DNA of 48,884 nucleotides from a virus. Lineage: Duplodnaviria > Caudoviricetes. Position numbers and translations under genes: made by a program. Below the pieces are notes generated by a model. It was given only the letters and a program-made list of their open reading frames with translations. It was not told the origin of the DNA and searched no databases. The DNA is taken from IMG/VR virus record IMGVR_UViG_3300044210_000049, positions 1 to 48,884 of that record; one strand, 5' to 3'. Positions 47,756 to 48,884 of this stretch are shown here, piece by piece. Positions within the stretch are counted from its first letter, which is position 1, and every line of letters starts with the position of its first letter.

Positions 47756-47956
47756 TTAGTTGCTCGCCTTCCTTAATTCTCTGGCGGGCGTTATTTTTGC
47801 GACGGCTTCCACATTGACCTTGCGAATAAGATCATACTCTCCGACAAGGCGCTTTTCATCCAGAGTACATGCGTCAAAAGCTGATGGATGGGCGACCAAA
47901 TACTTTGTGTCGCCGTCCATTTCCTCGTATACGAAAATCTTTTTTGGTAAACTCAC
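47756..47956 (-). CDS. Cassette H hypothetical protein
   Basis: 66 aa, GTG start, AAGGAG RBS. Confidence 0.75.
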   Translation of the reverse strand: MSLPKKIFVYEEMDGDTKYLVAHPSAFDACTLDEKRLVGEYDLIRKVNVEAVAKITPARELRKASN

Positions 47957-48005
47957 TTTATTCTCCTTTTGTTATGCCCGCCCTATAAATTAAAAGGCGA
48001 GCAAT

Positions 48006-48080
48006 TGAAAACGGGTTAGTATGGTGCTGTGGTACAACCGCATTGATGCCTAACCCATTGCATCCATACGGTTGTTGTTT
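48006..48080 (-). other. attC-like site of cassette G
   Basis: Near-identical to the cassette E site at 1427-1501. Confidence 0.85.
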
Positions 48081-48329
48081 TTAGTTTGCCGGGCTTCCTT
48101 GATTTGCTTCCAGCGCGCTTAATACCCAAACGCGATAGCCCTTTTCTTCTTTACGTGTAGCCAATTTAAAGCCATATTTTCGCACGTTTCCGCAAACACT
48201 GTTCATTTCTTTTCTGCTACTAAAAAGGATAGAGTCCCCCGCAGTCATAGTTTTAAATGTTGGCATATACATCCCGTGGTTCCGAGGGGGAGGGATCGGA
48301 ACGCCCTTTTCGACAACTAAATTAGACAT
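48081..48329 (-). CDS. Cassette G hypothetical protein
   Basis: MSNLVVEKGVPIPP...MTAGDS...YRVW; AAAGG RBS. Confidence 0.8.
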   Translation of the reverse strand: MSNLVVEKGVPIPPPRNHGMYMPTFKTMTAGDSILFSSRKEMNSVCGNVRKYGFKLATRKEEKGYRVWVLSALEANQGSPAN

Positions 48330-48383
48330 AAGAACCTTTCTTTTGCGCCGGACTATCCATTCAACAGCCCGGCAAATTGAATA

Positions 48384-48513
48384 CAACAACGTCCGCGCTA
48401 TTGCGCTGCCCGCACATACCCCTTGCACTGCAACATAGTTACATAGCACTCTCCGTCGTTCGCACAGGTATCACAGTCGCGCTGTTCGGGTGGCGTGATA
48501 GCGCGTGTTGTGT
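48384..48513 (-). other. attC-like site of cassette F (long, with coding loop)
   Basis: caacAAC-gtc-cgcgctattgcgctgccc ... gggtggcgtgatagcgcg-t-GTTgtgt. Confidence 0.85.
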
Positions 48514-48688
48514 GCTGTTCCGGTTTTGCTTCCACAGCTCCCAGAGCGGCGTTATTTGTTATGGCAACCAAATCCACTTTAACACCGCCGGGGACATTGC
48601 CAAAACTATTACCATGCATAATTTCCTTTGGAACACTAAACGTCAACGTACATTCCTCGAAATCGAACGAGTGCATTTTTAATTTCAT
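48398..48688 (-). CDS. Cassette F protein with Cys-rich tail
   Basis: 96 aa, AGGAG RBS. Confidence 0.8.
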   Translation of the reverse strand: MKLKMHSFDFEECTLTFSVPKEIMHGNSFGNVPGGVKVDLVAITNNAALGAVEAKPEQHTTRAITPPEQRDCDTCANDGECYVTMLQCKGYVRAAQ

Positions 48689-48729
48689 ACGCCGCTCCTA
48701 TAATAAAATGTTTTCAAAACCGGAATTGC

Positions 48730-48806
48730 AACCAACGGAGAAGTATGGCGAAGTGCGGTATGCCCGCGCCTATGCTTTCCCGCATTTTGTCATACGGTTG
48801 TTAGAG
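48730..48806 (-). other. attC-like site of cassette A (spans the circular join)
   Basis: aaccAAC-ggagaa-gtatggcgaagtgcgg ... ccgcattttgtcatac-ggtt-GTTagag. Confidence 0.85.
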
Positions 48807-48884
48807 GCTGTAACCGTGCGCTCTCCTGATTCTGCGCGGAAATTTTACCAGCCACTAAACGGATCAACTTTTCCAAGGTGTTCT
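48758..48884. repeat. Terminal direct repeat, copy 2
   Basis: Identical to 1-127. Confidence 0.95.

Larger units (their letters stand above)
44792..48884 (-). mobile_element. Integron-like gene cassette array, distal part (F 48390-48735, G 48012-48389, H 47692-48011, I 47224-47691, J 46926-47223, K 46561-46925, L 46256-46560, M 45906-46255, N 45675-45905, O 45372-45674, then degenerate remnants)
   Basis: Same architecture, continuous with 1-1962 across the circular join. Confidence 0.85.

Noticed and set aside
48758-48884. 127 bp repeat as a biological terminal repeat
   Set aside because: The length equals a common assembler k-mer and it cuts through a gene and an att site, so it is best read as circular overlap.
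44792-48884. CRISPR array
   Set aside because: Repeats are not identical or regularly spaced, and the intervening DNA consists of genes.

Overview
This window is a complete, apparently circular ~48.76 kb tailed-phage (siphovirus-like) genome. Bases 1-127 are repeated at 48758-48884. The minus-strand arm (~2.2-18.1 kb) carries replication, recombination and DNA-modification genes. The plus-strand arm (~18.6-44.8 kb) runs through ASCH/ParB-like genes, TerS, TerL (split at an A10 run), portal, capsid, tail, lysis and a secreted multi-domain protein. I found no integrase, repressor, reverse transcriptase, tRNA or CRISPR array. The standout feature spans the contig join (1962 down to 1, then 48757 down to ~44790). 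It is a ~6 kb array of at least 15 single-gene cassettes, each separated by an integron attC-like AAC...GTT hairpin. Each cassette's 3' core is complementary to its OWN 5' core rather than its neighbour's, the footprint of G|TT site-specific recombination. Unlike textbook integron cassettes, each cassette also has ~40-50 bp cassette-specific inverted arms around the gene. These arms contain a conserved internal bubble (CTAT opposite (T)TCC), and their G:T wobbles mostly favour the non-coding strand. Several ORFs read through into the hairpin loop, and hairpin modules appear to be reused by unrelated genes. A non-palindromic attI-like end lies at ~1963, and cassettes decay toward the distal end. 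I infer an integrase-less, phage-borne cassette shuffling system of a non-canonical type. All family assignments come from motif recognition by eye; no database search was run.
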